NCBI GenBank assembly: GCA_041665385.1 | Contig: JBAYIX010000001.1 | Span: forward strand, 47,865-111,864 | Direction of reading: 5' to 3' | From: Minisyncoccota bacterium | GTDB taxonomy: Bacteria > Patescibacteriota > Minisyncoccia > Phycocordibacterales > PALSA-1337 | DNA: 64,000 nt | Shown: one piece after another, positions 37,639 to 48,187 of the stretch | How positions within the stretch are numbered: the first letter of the stretch is position 1 | Layout: the number at the start of each line of letters is the position of its first letter | Program-made: the position numbers and the translations under genes | The notes under the pieces: model-generated | The model's database searches: none | What the model was told of the DNA's origin: nothing | Seen by the model: the letters and a program-made list of their open reading frames with translations, nothing else

Positions 37639-39177
37639 TTATTTATCTGGTGTCTTTTCTCTGTATTGAAGCGCCTCCAATATATGATTTTTATTTATTA
37701 ATGAACATTGTCCTAAGTCCGCTATTGTCTGTGCAACCTTTATAATTCGATGAAAGGCTCTTCCAGAGAATTCAAATCGCTGTGCTGAAATTTTGAGGAG
37801 AGTTCTGGCTTCCGCTTCCATCATTACGCATTTTTCTATGTCCAGGGCACTCATTTCGCTATTATAGCTTTTGGGTATATTTGCGGCGGCAAAGCGCTCC
37901 ACACATAGAGAACGTGCCGCTATGACCCGCCCACGTACAACGTCTGAAGATTCATTATCAATACTCGACAGAGCGAGGGTCTCATAATCTATCTTGTTCA
38001 CATTTATCCAAAGGTCTATTCTGTCTAATATCGGACCAGATATTTTGCGCCGATAGTTCGATATCATAACTTCGGTACAGGTACAACCTCGGTCTTTGCC
38101 CTTGCCACATGGACATGGGTTCATAGAAGCGATAAATATACACTGAGCAGGAAATGTGACGACGCCCCGAGCTCGAGAAATCGTGATCATACGGTCTTCC
38201 AAGGGCTGTCGAAGTGCTTCTATAACCTCACGTTCAAACTCCGGAAATTCGTCCAAGAATAGTACACCACGGTGAGCGAGCGTGACTTCTCCAGGTTTTG
38301 GAAATGCCCCTCCGCCAACTATGGAAGGGTAAGAGGCCGTGTGATGCGGTGCCCGAAAAGGAGGATCTGCTATAAGGCCGGCTTCCAGAATACGCGCCGC
38401 ACTGTGTATGCCAGTGACTTCTACCGACTGCTCGTATGTGAGTGGTGGCAAAAGAGAACAAAAGCTGTTGGCAAGCATGGTTTTTCCCGTTCCGGGAGGG
38501 CCACACATGAGCAGATTGTGTGCGCCTGCTGCGGCTATTTCCAAACCTCTTTTGCCAACTTCATTGCCACGAATCACACCTATATCCGTCCAAGCCTGCT
38601 TCCGAGAGTGTTTTGCTCGGTCAACATCCGAATAAGATTGGAGTGGTTTCATGTCATTTTCTCCTGATAGAATAGCTATAATCTCGGTGAGAGAGGATAC
38701 CGGATATATGTCGATACCTCTGGCCAAACAAGCTTCAGGAGTGTTTTCCTTCGGTATGTATACGCTTTTGAAACCCTGATCAGCCGCTTGGCACAAAATG
38801 GGTAGAAGGCCTGACATACGTCGCACATTACCCTCGAGAGAGAGCTCGCCCAGAAAGAGTGCTCCTTCCGGATCGAATACTATTTCCTCTGCAGCAGAGA
38901 GATATGCGAGAGCCATGGCGAGGTCAAAAGCTGAGCCTTCTTTCCTGGCATCGGCAGGAGCGAGAGATATCACAACTTTTTGATTTTTTTGTTTTGGCGA
39001 CTGGTAACCGCTGTTTTTTATTGCAGCTGAGATGCGGTCTTTTGCTTCTGAAACAGAACGATCACCCAACCCGACAACAGAAAAATTATTCAGACCATTT
39101 GCTATATCCACCTCCACAGTAACAATTTCGGAACGAAGACCCACGAGCTGGGCACTATATGATTTTGATATTCCCAT
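37639..39177 (-). CDS. comM: YifB/ComM-family Mg-chelatase-like AAA+ ATPase
   Basis: N-terminal Lon-protease-like domain. AAA+ core with Walker A GPPGTGKTML and sensor motifs, C-terminal ChlI-like domain. 512 aa. Confidence 0.85.
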   Translation of the reverse strand: MGISKSYSAQLVGLRSEIVTVEVDIANGLNNFSVVGLGDRSVSEAKDRISAAIKNSGYQSPKQKNQKVVISLAPADARKEGSAFDLAMALAYLSAAEEIVFDPEGALFLGELSLEGNVRRMSGLLPILCQAADQGFKSVYIPKENTPEACLARGIDIYPVSSLTEIIAILSGENDMKPLQSYSDVDRAKHSRKQAWTDIGVIRGNEVGKRGLEIAAAGAHNLLMCGPPGTGKTMLANSFCSLLPPLTYEQSVEVTGIHSAARILEAGLIADPPFRAPHHTASYPSIVGGGAFPKPGEVTLAHRGVLFLDEFPEFEREVIEALRQPLEDRMITISRARGVVTFPAQCIFIASMNPCPCGKGKDRGCTCTEVMISNYRRKISGPILDRIDLWINVNKIDYETLALSSIDNESSDVVRGRVIAARSLCVERFAAANIPKSYNSEMSALDIEKCVMMEAEARTLLKISAQRFEFSGRAFHRIIKVAQTIADLGQCSLINKNHILEALQYREKTPDK

Positions 39178-39271
39178 GAGGGAATAGTATCAATACAAAA
39201 TGAAATTCCAATGAATATTCAGTAAAGAAACGATAAAATTCAGATCAAAAAACGATAAAAAGGGAAATGTA

Positions 39272-40360
39272 TTAGAAAGGATTTTTGGCTCCACGAATCT
39301 CGAAATGAACGTGCGGGCCGGTCGTGAGTCCCGTCATGCCGATATAACCGATAAGCTCTCCTTGTTTGACAGTGTCTCCGGCTGCGACGACCAGGTTGGT
39401 CTGCATATGGGCATACAAAGACTGGGTCCCATTGGGATGCGATACCACTACAAAGTTTCCGTACCCTCCATTCCATCCGCCATTGATGCGACTGATGATA
39501 ACTGTTCCTGCAGCGGAGGCCCGTATCGGCGTGCCTACGGCAGCTGCAAAGTCCACACCGTTGTGTCCGTGCAATCCCTGGCTGACACGTCCGACACTGA
39601 GAGGACTAATATAGTATCCAGCATATGTGGGCAATTTTGTAACATTATCCAAAAGTTTGCCTGTCACGGTACCCTTTTTCGACGATGCGGCGACATTTTG
39701 AGGAGCACCCAACTCTGCATTTGGAATGATAATGTTTTGTCCGATAGTTATGGTAGATACAGAAAGATCGTTATAAGCGACAATATCATCCTCATCTGCT
39801 CCGTATTTCTTTGCTATTTCCGATATAGTATCTCCTCTCTTTACTATGTACATGATTCCCGAAACAGGAAGAATCACGAGGGTTTGACCGGCTTTCAGAG
39901 TAGACTTACTGGTGAGATCGTTCGCCCACAATATCGTGTTTATGGACACATGGAACATTTTGGCAATTTCTGAAACAGTGTCTCCCTCCCGGACAATATA
40001 GGTATTGATCTCCGTACTCGTCTGGTCGGATTCATTACTATTGTTCATAGCTATATCAGGAATGAGGGTATTGTTGGCTATCGGTGCCATATTTGCCGGC
40101 TTATTGGGGTTTGGGTCAAAGTTTGTTGCGGCCTGCAGCAAAACCATTGTTTGAGCATTGGAATCATTCAGAGGAGACACGATCTTGGCAGAAGCAGTGG
40201 TTCCTTCGATGATGGGTGCAAGAAAAGAAAAGAGACCTGCATAGGCGGTCCCAAAAGAAAGAAGAAGAGAAGTTATTATAATAGCAAAAATAGCAGTCCA
40301 GGAATTTGTATGCCTTGAAACAGCCTGTATTGAGTTGTGAGATTTATTTAGAAATTTCAT
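39272..40360 (-). CDS. LysM-domain M23-family peptidoglycan endopeptidase
   Basis: Two LysM repeats (YIVREGDTVSEIAKMFHVSINTILWAN; YIVKRGDTISEIAKKYGADEDDIVAYN) and a C-terminal M23 domain (HNGVDFAAAVGTPIRASAAGTVI...HVHFEIR). N-terminal signal/transmembrane segment. Confidence 0.85.
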   Translation of the reverse strand: MKFLNKSHNSIQAVSRHTNSWTAIFAIIITSLLLSFGTAYAGLFSFLAPIIEGTTASAKIVSPLNDSNAQTMVLLQAATNFDPNPNKPANMAPIANNTLIPDIAMNNSNESDQTSTEINTYIVREGDTVSEIAKMFHVSINTILWANDLTSKSTLKAGQTLVILPVSGIMYIVKRGDTISEIAKKYGADEDDIVAYNDLSVSTITIGQNIIIPNAELGAPQNVAASSKKGTVTGKLLDNVTKLPTYAGYYISPLSVGRVSQGLHGHNGVDFAAAVGTPIRASAAGTVIISRINGGWNGGYGNFVVVSHPNGTQSLYAHMQTNLVVAAGDTVKQGELIGYIGMTGLTTGPHVHFEIRGAKNPF

Positions 40361-40552
40361 AACGAAATTTTCCTTTCGGCAATACTTACCATATAGTTTT
40401 TTCTTCCTTGCTGTACGATACTCTGCCCAATAAATGGCCGAGATAAGCCATTTTGTAGACTGTGGTTTCGAGTTATCTACTCCAGGGTATCAGGCGCCAG
40501 GTTATTGTCAACAAAGTTGTGCACAGGTTATAAACACTGCTAAGATACGAGG

Positions 40553-42526
40553 ATGTCTCTAAATTCCGAACAAGATCGAGCTGTACAAACTACCGATGGG
40601 CCGGTCCTCATCATCGCTGGGGCTGGGGCTGGTAAAACGCGAGTCATCACACATAGAATATTGAATCTGATAAGAAAAGGTGTGACTCCGCACAATATTC
40701 TTGCCATTACTTTTACGAACAAAGCGGCAAAAGAAATGAAAGAACGTGTCGAGTCATTATTGGAAGATGACAAAGATCTGAATCTACCTATTTCTATGCA
40801 AGAAAGACCGTTTGTGAGTACCTTCCATGCACTGGGAGTGCATATACTCCGAGAAAACTCCCGACTTATCGGTCGGACACGACATTTCACGATATATGAC
40901 AGGTCAGATTCCAAACGTGCGGTGAAAGAAGCTATGGAAAGATCATCAGTAGACCCGAAAAAGTTCGACCCAGGATCAATATTAAATAAAATCTCGCTAG
41001 CAAAAGGCGAGGGTATCACAAGATTGGTCTATTTGGACCACACAAAAGATGCTTATGAAGAAATGATAGCCCAGATCTGGGAAAACTATGAAAATATTAT
41101 GGAAAAAGACAAAGCTCTAGACTTCGATGACCTCCTCTTGAAAACTGCATACCTGCTAGAGAACAATGTCGACGTTCGGAGGCATTACAATACTATTTGG
41201 AAATATATTCATATAGATGAATACCAAGACACAAATAGGGTACAGTACAAAATAGCAAAATACCTAACAGGAGAGGAACATCACATATGTGTCGTGGGTG
41301 ATGCCGACCAAAACATCTACAGCTGGAGAGGTGCAACCATAGAAAATATCTTGAACTTTGAAAAAGACTATCCAGAAGCGACCGTGATAGTACTCGAAAA
41401 AAACTATCGATCAACGAAAACCATACTGGATGCGGCAAATATGATCATTGAGAAGAACATTCATCGCAAGAAAAAGAAGCTATATACCGATAGTGGCATG
41501 GGGGAAAAGATATCACTCATAGTTTCATACACAGAAAACGATGAAGCAAGATCTATTGCAGATACGGCTAGAGACCTCATAACAAAAGGCGTAGCGCCGC
41601 GGGACATGGCCGTACTTTACCGGGCAAACTTCCAGTCCCGAGTATTGGAAGAAGCATTCATAAAGAAAAATGTGCCATACCAACTCCTTGGAACTCGCTT
41701 TTTCGAAAGAAAGGAAATAAAAGACGTGCTCTCCTATGTGAGGGCGGCAATGAACCACAAAGAGGGGCAAGAAGGGGATGAAAGTTGGGGTGATATTGCC
41801 AGGATCATAAACGTACCCGCTCGCGGTATAGGTAAAGTCACACTTGCAAAGATATTGTCGGGGAGGTTGGACCTCCTGCCGGACGGAATAAGGGTGAAAA
41901 TCAACAACTTTTTCCATCTACTATCTGATATACGAAAAGAGATCATGGAAAAGAAACCTTCCGAAGCTATACGCTTCATCATCCGAGAGACAGGTATAGA
42001 AAACCAACTCAGGAAAGGGGACAGCGAAGACGAAGAGCGTCTACTCAACATTCAGGAACTTGTTTCTGTGGCCGCACAATATGACACAGAGACAGAAAAA
42101 ACTATCGACTCCGAACAAATTTCCGGCATAGAGAAAATGTTGGAAAATGCCGCCCTAGCGACAGATCAGGATGAACTAGAGAAAAATTCTGATGCAGTGA
42201 AGCTCATGACTGTGCACTCTTCCAAAGGATTGGAATTCGATACTGTATTCATCGCCGGACTGGAACAAGAACTTTTCCCATTTCAGCACATGGACGAAAA
42301 CAACTTGAGCGAAACAGAGAGTGAAGAAGAGCGTAGACTCTTCTATGTCGCCCTCACTAGAGCAAAAAAGAAAGTTTATCTGAGTTATACTATCATCCGT
42401 ACGATATATGGCTCCCAGAAAGTAAACACTCCTTCAGAATTTATTGAGGATATAGCTGCCGAACTCATAGAGTCTGCTGTTCCGGAAAAGCCGAGCGGGG
42501 CAAAAGCATTATTCATAGATTTTTAA
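40553..42526 (+). CDS. pcrA: ATP-dependent DNA helicase PcrA/UvrD family
   Basis: UvrD helicase motifs: Walker A AGAGAGKTRV, motif II DEYQDTN, VGDADQNIYSWRGA, plus C-terminal helicase motifs. 657 aa. Confidence 0.9.
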   Translation: MSLNSEQDRAVQTTDGPVLIIAGAGAGKTRVITHRILNLIRKGVTPHNILAITFTNKAAKEMKERVESLLEDDKDLNLPISMQERPFVSTFHALGVHILRENSRLIGRTRHFTIYDRSDSKRAVKEAMERSSVDPKKFDPGSILNKISLAKGEGITRLVYLDHTKDAYEEMIAQIWENYENIMEKDKALDFDDLLLKTAYLLENNVDVRRHYNTIWKYIHIDEYQDTNRVQYKIAKYLTGEEHHICVVGDADQNIYSWRGATIENILNFEKDYPEATVIVLEKNYRSTKTILDAANMIIEKNIHRKKKKLYTDSGMGEKISLIVSYTENDEARSIADTARDLITKGVAPRDMAVLYRANFQSRVLEEAFIKKNVPYQLLGTRFFERKEIKDVLSYVRAAMNHKEGQEGDESWGDIARIINVPARGIGKVTLAKILSGRLDLLPDGIRVKINNFFHLLSDIRKEIMEKKPSEAIRFIIRETGIENQLRKGDSEDEERLLNIQELVSVAAQYDTETEKTIDSEQISGIEKMLENAALATDQDELEKNSDAVKLMTVHSSKGLEFDTVFIAGLEQELFPFQHMDENNLSETESEEERRLFYVALTRAKKKVYLSYTIIRTIYGSQKVNTPSEFIEDIAAELIESAVPEKPSGAKALFIDF

Positions 42527-42527
42527 C

Positions 42528-43346
42528 ATGTCTTTATTCGCAAAAAAGTCTCTCGGTCAGCATTTTTTGAAGTCCACTCATGTTTTGGAGCAAATCATAC
42601 ATGCATCCGAGATAAAACCCGGTGAAACTATCCTAGAAATCGGTCCGGGTACCGGAGTATTGACCGATGCTTTGCTCAGTGCAGGAGCAAAAGTAGTCGC
42701 AGTTGAAAAGGACCAGAGAGCGCTGGAAGTATTGCATAATAAGAATGCCGAGAATATTTCACTCGGTAAAACCTGTTTTAGACTCATTGATGCTGATATT
42801 TTGGAGGTAAATCCTAATGATCTGGGACTAGAACAGTACAAATACGCCATTGTAGCCAATATCCCTTATTATATTACTGGCGCTATTTTGGAAAAATTCC
42901 TAGAAAATGAACCCCGACCTAGCCGAATGGTCCTTTTGGTACAAAGAGAAGTAGCGGAACGTATATTGGCAAGGCCTGAAAATGGTGAAAAACAAGGCAA
43001 GGAAAGCATACTTTCCATATCCATTAAAGCTTTTGGCGTACCGAAGATAGTTGCGAAGGTACCTCCGGGAGCCTTTGTACCTCCACCTACAGTAGATTCA
43101 GCTATTTTAGCTATTTCTGACATATCTGATAGACGTTTTACAAACAAAAATGTAGATATAAAGCACTTTTTCCGCATCGTACGAGCCGGATTTGCCCATA
43201 AGCGCAAATATTTGGTCAGAAACCTGGAAAGTGTGATAAAATCTGAGGAAATATTGGCTATTTGGAGAAAAAACAGCCTAGACACGAAGGTTAGGGCAGA
43301 GGATCTGCCTCTGGATATGTGGTTTTCTATAGCTTCAGGACAATAA
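42528..43346 (+). CDS. rsmA: 16S rRNA (adenine1518/1519-N6)-dimethyltransferase RsmA/KsgA
   Basis: LGQHFLKS..., SAM-binding EIGPGTGVLT and NIPYYIT motifs. Confidence 0.9.
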   Translation: MSLFAKKSLGQHFLKSTHVLEQIIHASEIKPGETILEIGPGTGVLTDALLSAGAKVVAVEKDQRALEVLHNKNAENISLGKTCFRLIDADILEVNPNDLGLEQYKYAIVANIPYYITGAILEKFLENEPRPSRMVLLVQREVAERILARPENGEKQGKESILSISIKAFGVPKIVAKVPPGAFVPPPTVDSAILAISDISDRRFTNKNVDIKHFFRIVRAGFAHKRKYLVRNLESVIKSEEILAIWRKNSLDTKVRAEDLPLDMWFSIASGQ

Positions 43347-43350
43347 AGGC

Positions 43351-43683
43351 CTAAATACTACTACCGTGGAACACGATAGGGTATCCGCTCCCATATGTCA
43401 CATTTCCTAACATGCATGTCAAAGGCACAGGTAAATATTCTCCGAGTAGCCATTGACCAATATGGGGGACGACATACATTGCGTATGGTAAATTGCCATA
43501 TTGCCACATAAAGAAACCTGGTCCTTTGAAAGGTAAAGGTTGCATAACTGTTAGCAAAAGCCCATGATTGCATGGCTGTGAAAAAATGATATAACCCCCA
43601 AATGGTAGACCAGCCGCCAGAGCAAGATAAGGTAAAGAAATAATCATGAGAAGAACCAAGCAAGCTGTATGAGTTTTGTGCAT
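43351..43683 (-). CDS. small secreted protein (hypothetical)
   Basis: 110 aa with an N-terminal signal peptide (LVLLMIISLPYLALAA). Aromatic/Gly/Pro-rich, no known domain. Confidence 0.35.
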   Translation of the reverse strand: MHKTHTACLVLLMIISLPYLALAAGLPFGGYIIFSQPCNHGLLLTVMQPLPFKGPGFFMWQYGNLPYAMYVVPHIGQWLLGEYLPVPLTCMLGNVTYGSGYPIVFHGSSI

Positions 43684-43768
43684 GTGAAAATTATATCATA
43701 TAAAAAAAGTCTACTATCCCCACAAATACACGAATTAACATAGATTTCTTGCTATAATTCTCTCTAGT

Positions 43769-44638
43769 ATGGCAAAGAACTACCCGCGTTTACAAACGGT
43801 TATTATTTTCGTAATATGCGCCACTGCTGTCGTGATTTTCGGCATGTATGTCTATGGTAAAAGATCTCAAAATTCAAACCCAAATACCGCACAAATCATA
43901 AAAGTGCAGGGGAACAAGGAAAGTACGTCGGAAAAGATCGCAGACACAAACTGGCAAAAGCAATTCTTCTCCGGAGATGCAAAAGATACGATCAAGCTAA
44001 ACCAGTCTGCGAAAGTTGCCGTAAAAGAAAACAAGCAACCGACTCTTACAGATCAGATCGGACAAGATTTCTTTTCGCAGTTTTGGCAAATACACCAGTC
44101 TGGCTTGGAAGGGGATGAAAAAGTAATGAACAGTTTTTCGGAACGCTTTGCGAGCCAAGTCGCAGCTGCGGCAGTACCGGAACTATATTCAAGTTCAGAC
44201 ATACAGATCTCAAATGAGACGAGTGAAAGTGCGACTGTAACATACGTCAAGAAAATATTGGAAATACTGAAGAAACTCCCTGCATCCGATGCCGCCATCA
44301 TTGCAAACAATGCACTGAAAGAAGGCGGCTCGGCTTCGCTATCACAGATCGACCCTATAATCACCAGTTACAGATCTACCTTGAAAAGTTTAAGAACAAT
44401 ACCTGTGCCTCTGACTTTTTCTTCCCCGCACCTGAACCTAGTAAACGCTGTCAGCGCCATGCTATTCAATGCAGAATCTTTGCGCAAAGTGGACGTCGAC
44501 CCGGTAAAGGGGTTGGCGGCAGTGAGCATATATATCCAAGGGTTACAGTCTCTTTCTGACGCTTTGGGTGATGTTGAAAAAGGATTTGCAGCCGCTGGAA
44601 TAGTATTTACAAATGCAAATCCCGCCGGCCGAAACTAA
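43769..44638 (+). CDS. membrane-anchored protein, first gene of a T4SS-like cluster (hypothetical)
   Basis: N-terminal transmembrane anchor (LQTVIIFVICATAVVIFGMYVYG) and 260-aa extracytoplasmic domain. Co-directional and tightly spaced with downstream genes. Confidence 0.45.
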   Translation: MAKNYPRLQTVIIFVICATAVVIFGMYVYGKRSQNSNPNTAQIIKVQGNKESTSEKIADTNWQKQFFSGDAKDTIKLNQSAKVAVKENKQPTLTDQIGQDFFSQFWQIHQSGLEGDEKVMNSFSERFASQVAAAAVPELYSSSDIQISNETSESATVTYVKKILEILKKLPASDAAIIANNALKEGGSASLSQIDPIITSYRSTLKSLRTIPVPLTFSSPHLNLVNAVSAMLFNAESLRKVDVDPVKGLAAVSIYIQGLQSLSDALGDVEKGFAAAGIVFTNANPAGRN

Positions 44639-44642
44639 ACAT

Positions 44643-46316
44643 ATGTCTTCTTTCTTTAAAAAAATCACAACAGCTACTCTAACAATAATTTTGGTTTTTA
44701 GTATTACCATTACTTCGGTCAACGCCCAAGTCATATATGTTCCTACGAACGATATGGGACCATTTGCTATCAAACGCACTACCGACACGACGATGTTGCA
44801 AGTAAAAAACTACGTATTGGACGGACTAGCTTGGTCTGTGGCAAAGATCATGTTGCAACAAGTCACGGCGAGCGTGGTGAACTGGATCAATAGTGGCTTT
44901 GAAGGAAGCCCTGCGTTCCTCACAAATCCTGGAGCATTCTTCGCAGACACCGCGGACCAGATCACGGGGGCATTCATAGCAAATACTGGCGTGCTTTCCA
45001 GGCTCTGTTCACCCTTCAGCATAGATATCCGTCTCGGCCTAGCACTCTCAGGAGGAGGATCGGACTACAGACGCTATGAATGTACTCTGAGCACAGTTAT
45101 AAACAATGCCAAAAAGTCTACTGTAAATGTAAATGGCAATGTGACAGTAAACGGAAGTTCGGTCATCAATGAAAATGTATCGGCGAGCGGAGACGGGGCA
45201 AGTATAGACGGATTTATGAACGGAGATTTCAACCAAGGCGGCTGGCCGGCATTCATGGCTATGACCACACAGCCACAAAACAATATTTATGGAGCATATC
45301 TCCAGGCCAAGAGTGACCTCGACTACCAGATCGCTACGAAGCAAAACAATATTCGCCTCGACCTCCAAATGGGTAGGGGATTCATGTCATGGCAAAAATG
45401 TACGGACGTGAATATAGACGAGGCGGCAATGTTTTCTAACAATAGCAAAGATGCGGGACTGACCCAAAAAGTAGGCAAGGACGGCAAGGTAAAATATCAG
45501 GATTGTCAGACACAAACACCCGGATCCGTAATAGCAGGCTCCATAGACAAGTCTCTCGGTATTCCTCAGGACACACTCAATATCGCGGGATCTCTGGACC
45601 AAATAGTCGGTGCGCTCTTTTCTCAGCTAGTCTCAAAAGTACTATCTGGTGGCTTGCACGCATCTAGCAACTACAGCTCACAGGGCAGTGCTACCGCAGG
45701 AGTAGCAACACAGCTCCTCCAGCAACAAACAGGCGACCAACTCTCTGATTCCAGAAACAGACTGCAGAGTTCATTGACCTCATACTCTGGTACAGCACTG
45801 CAATACTCCGACCTACGCCAAAAAGCCGTGGACTCACTCAATACGGCAAAGTTGACATACCAAACAGCCATAGCTTGCTTCCAAGGCAAACTGCCTACAG
45901 GATCCATTTCAACCGGTACACAGGATGCCGACTACATGTTCCTGCAAAGTCAGATCTCAAATGCAAATGCGGCAATAGCAAAGGTGGATATAGCCATAGC
46001 ACAATACACTGCAAAAGTTGCTGAAGCGTATTCCAGGACAGAAAGGATCCGCGATCTACAGAAGCAGATAGCAAATGCCATGACAACAGATGAGATCAAC
46101 AAAGCATCCTCAGACTATAACACTGCTATACAGAGTGGTCTCGGTGGAGAGCTTATATCTGAAACAGATATTGCAAATGCGACTACAGATCTGGAGGCGG
46201 CAAAGTCCCAAGCTAGTCTCTTTACCCAAAATGCCATGCAGTTCCAGTCTGCTTGCAACTCATTCCGTCCAGGTACAGCGGGGCAGACGGGGTCAGGATT
46301 CCGTACAGGATTATAA
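44643..46316 (+). CDS. large secreted Ser/Thr/Gln-rich protein of the T4SS-like cluster (hypothetical)
   Basis: Signal peptide/transmembrane MSSFFKKITTATLTIILVFSITITSVNA, 557 aa, low-complexity polar composition with coiled-coil segments. Start at internal Met after the upstream stop. Confidence 0.45.
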   Translation: MSSFFKKITTATLTIILVFSITITSVNAQVIYVPTNDMGPFAIKRTTDTTMLQVKNYVLDGLAWSVAKIMLQQVTASVVNWINSGFEGSPAFLTNPGAFFADTADQITGAFIANTGVLSRLCSPFSIDIRLGLALSGGGSDYRRYECTLSTVINNAKKSTVNVNGNVTVNGSSVINENVSASGDGASIDGFMNGDFNQGGWPAFMAMTTQPQNNIYGAYLQAKSDLDYQIATKQNNIRLDLQMGRGFMSWQKCTDVNIDEAAMFSNNSKDAGLTQKVGKDGKVKYQDCQTQTPGSVIAGSIDKSLGIPQDTLNIAGSLDQIVGALFSQLVSKVLSGGLHASSNYSSQGSATAGVATQLLQQQTGDQLSDSRNRLQSSLTSYSGTALQYSDLRQKAVDSLNTAKLTYQTAIACFQGKLPTGSISTGTQDADYMFLQSQISNANAAIAKVDIAIAQYTAKVAEAYSRTERIRDLQKQIANAMTTDEINKASSDYNTAIQSGLGGELISETDIANATTDLEAAKSQASLFTQNAMQFQSACNSFRPGTAGQTGSGFRTGL

Positions 46317-46321
46317 AAAAC

Positions 46322-48187
46322 ATGATTTCTAGATTTATAAAACAAATACTACCGACGCTCGCTACATCTATATTGATATCGGTTGTTTTCACTCATGTGG
46401 CGAGCGCACAACTCGCCTCAGCAGTAGCGGGAGCAGTCGCGTCGACCGCTTGGGATATGTTCTGGGTTGGAGCATCAAACTTTATGCAAGCCCTCCTCAT
46501 GGTGACAGCATGGCTCGTCGGGCTTACAGGTACACTATTAAACGTAGCGATATTCATAACTACAAATCTTGGTCCATTTATAAAAGATACCCCTGTTATT
46601 TATAATGTCTGGACAATCATACGAGACCTCGCAAGCATGGTGCTCATATTTGTCATTCTTTGGGCGGCCATCCAGATGATACTCAACCTGAAACAACCAA
46701 ACTTTGGTAATCTTCTGAAGAATATAGTCATAATGGGAATCTTGATCAACTTTAGCTTCTTCTTTGCACAAGTGATGATAGACGCGTCGAACATAGTATC
46801 GCTACAATTCTTCAACGCTATCACCCCTGGTAAGGAATACTCGACCGGAAGCAAGCTGGGAGATTGGACCTCGAAAGCTTTCAACGACGGAGGACTATCA
46901 AATGTATTCATGGGCGCTCTCCAAGTAAATGGCTGGTACAAGAACATGGGTGTCGTCGGCGGATCGTCATCTTCGGGAACCACAGACCAGAACGCGGCAC
47001 CTATTCGCATTGTCTTGGTCACATTTGCAGGTATGATCGTGATGATCTTTGCGAGTATGAGTTTCCTCGCGGCTGCGGCCGTATGTCTCTTGCGTACAGC
47101 GATGCTAATATTCCTGCTTGCATTTTCTCCTATATGGATAGCGGCATTCGCATTTCCAGAACTCAAGGAAGTAGCAAATCCCTGGTGGAAACAATTCAAA
47201 GTCCAGCTATTGTTCTTGCCGACATATTTGATACTCATGTATGTGGCGATACGTGTATTAAACGAAAGTGGCTTGAACAAACTCACAGGATCTACAGAAT
47301 CCGCTTTGACTATCGCCTCGCAAGCCAATCTTTCTGCATACACTTCGCTCTTTGTAGGTTTTACTATTGTTCTGATCATGATCAACCTACCTCTCATCGG
47401 AGCACTCAGTATCGCCGGTGCGGCAGGGACAGCGACAGAGAAATGGTTCAAGGGCACACAATCTTGGCTCGGTAGAAATACTATGGGTAGATTTGCCTCC
47501 AGAGTGAATGAGAGCGATGTCGCGCGTAACTGGTATGCAAAAAACCCTCGTGCTGGCATGGTTTTGCAAAAGCAACTTTCCAAAGTCAGCTCGGCGAGCT
47601 TTGCATCTGACAAGAACAGCATACTTGGAATGAAAGACACGAAGACTGGATTTGATAAGGTAAGAAAGGATAAAGTCTCAGCTATCGATAAGTACGCAAA
47701 AGGGCTAGGCTTCGATGATGAAAGGGTAAAAACGAAGATTGCGGATGAACTTAAGACAACCGACTCTATCATTGCGACAGATAAAAAAATCCTGAGCGAT
47801 AATCGAAATAAACTAAGTACAACTACCGATCCAGATGAGAGAAGAAGGATTGAAGCAACAATTACTGAATCGGAGAAGGAATTGGAGAAGCGAGTCAACG
47901 AACGAGACACTAAGGCCAAGGAACTCAAAAAGAGTTACGAATCTGAAAGGAAAGGTGAGGTTGTAAAATTCTATCAGGACCGCAGATCAACTGCAGGAAA
48001 ATTTGCGAGACTGGTCACAGGCAACAAGAGATTTAAGGGTCCAAACAAATGGAATGCAAGTGTATTTGGTGCTCTAAAGAAAGACAAAGATACCGCAGCA
48101 AAACTGATCGACGCCCTAAAAGATGAAGTAAAACCAAAAGACGAAGACAAGCCGCCAAAGAAAGAGGAAAGCGCTCATGCAGAATAA
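46322..48187 (+). CDS. TrbL/VirB6-like polytopic membrane protein with charged C-terminal tail
   Basis: Signal-like N-terminus, then at least six transmembrane helices with a large loop (VirB6/TrbL topology). C-terminal 150 aa are Lys/Glu/Asp-rich coiled coil. Located upstream of PrgI-like and VirB4-like genes. Confidence 0.5.
   Translation: MISRFIKQILPTLATSILISVVFTHVASAQLASAVAGAVASTAWDMFWVGASNFMQALLMVTAWLVGLTGTLLNVAIFITTNLGPFIKDTPVIYNVWTIIRDLASMVLIFVILWAAIQMILNLKQPNFGNLLKNIVIMGILINFSFFFAQVMIDASNIVSLQFFNAITPGKEYSTGSKLGDWTSKAFNDGGLSNVFMGALQVNGWYKNMGVVGGSSSSGTTDQNAAPIRIVLVTFAGMIVMIFASMSFLAAAAVCLLRTAMLIFLLAFSPIWIAAFAFPELKEVANPWWKQFKVQLLFLPTYLILMYVAIRVLNESGLNKLTGSTESALTIASQANLSAYTSLFVGFTIVLIMINLPLIGALSIAGAAGTATEKWFKGTQSWLGRNTMGRFASRVNESDVARNWYAKNPRAGMVLQKQLSKVSSASFASDKNSILGMKDTKTGFDKVRKDKVSAIDKYAKGLGFDDERVKTKIADELKTTDSIIATDKKILSDNRNKLSTTTDPDERRRIEATITESEKELEKRVNERDTKAKELKKSYESERKGEVVKFYQDRRSTAGKFARLVTGNKRFKGPNKWNASVFGALKKDKDTAAKLIDALKDEVKPKDEDKPPKKEESAHAE

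Noticed and set aside
46600-47928. 442-aa minus-strand ORF
   Set aside because: Antisense to the VirB6-like gene, within a co-directional plus-strand operon. No recognisable domain.
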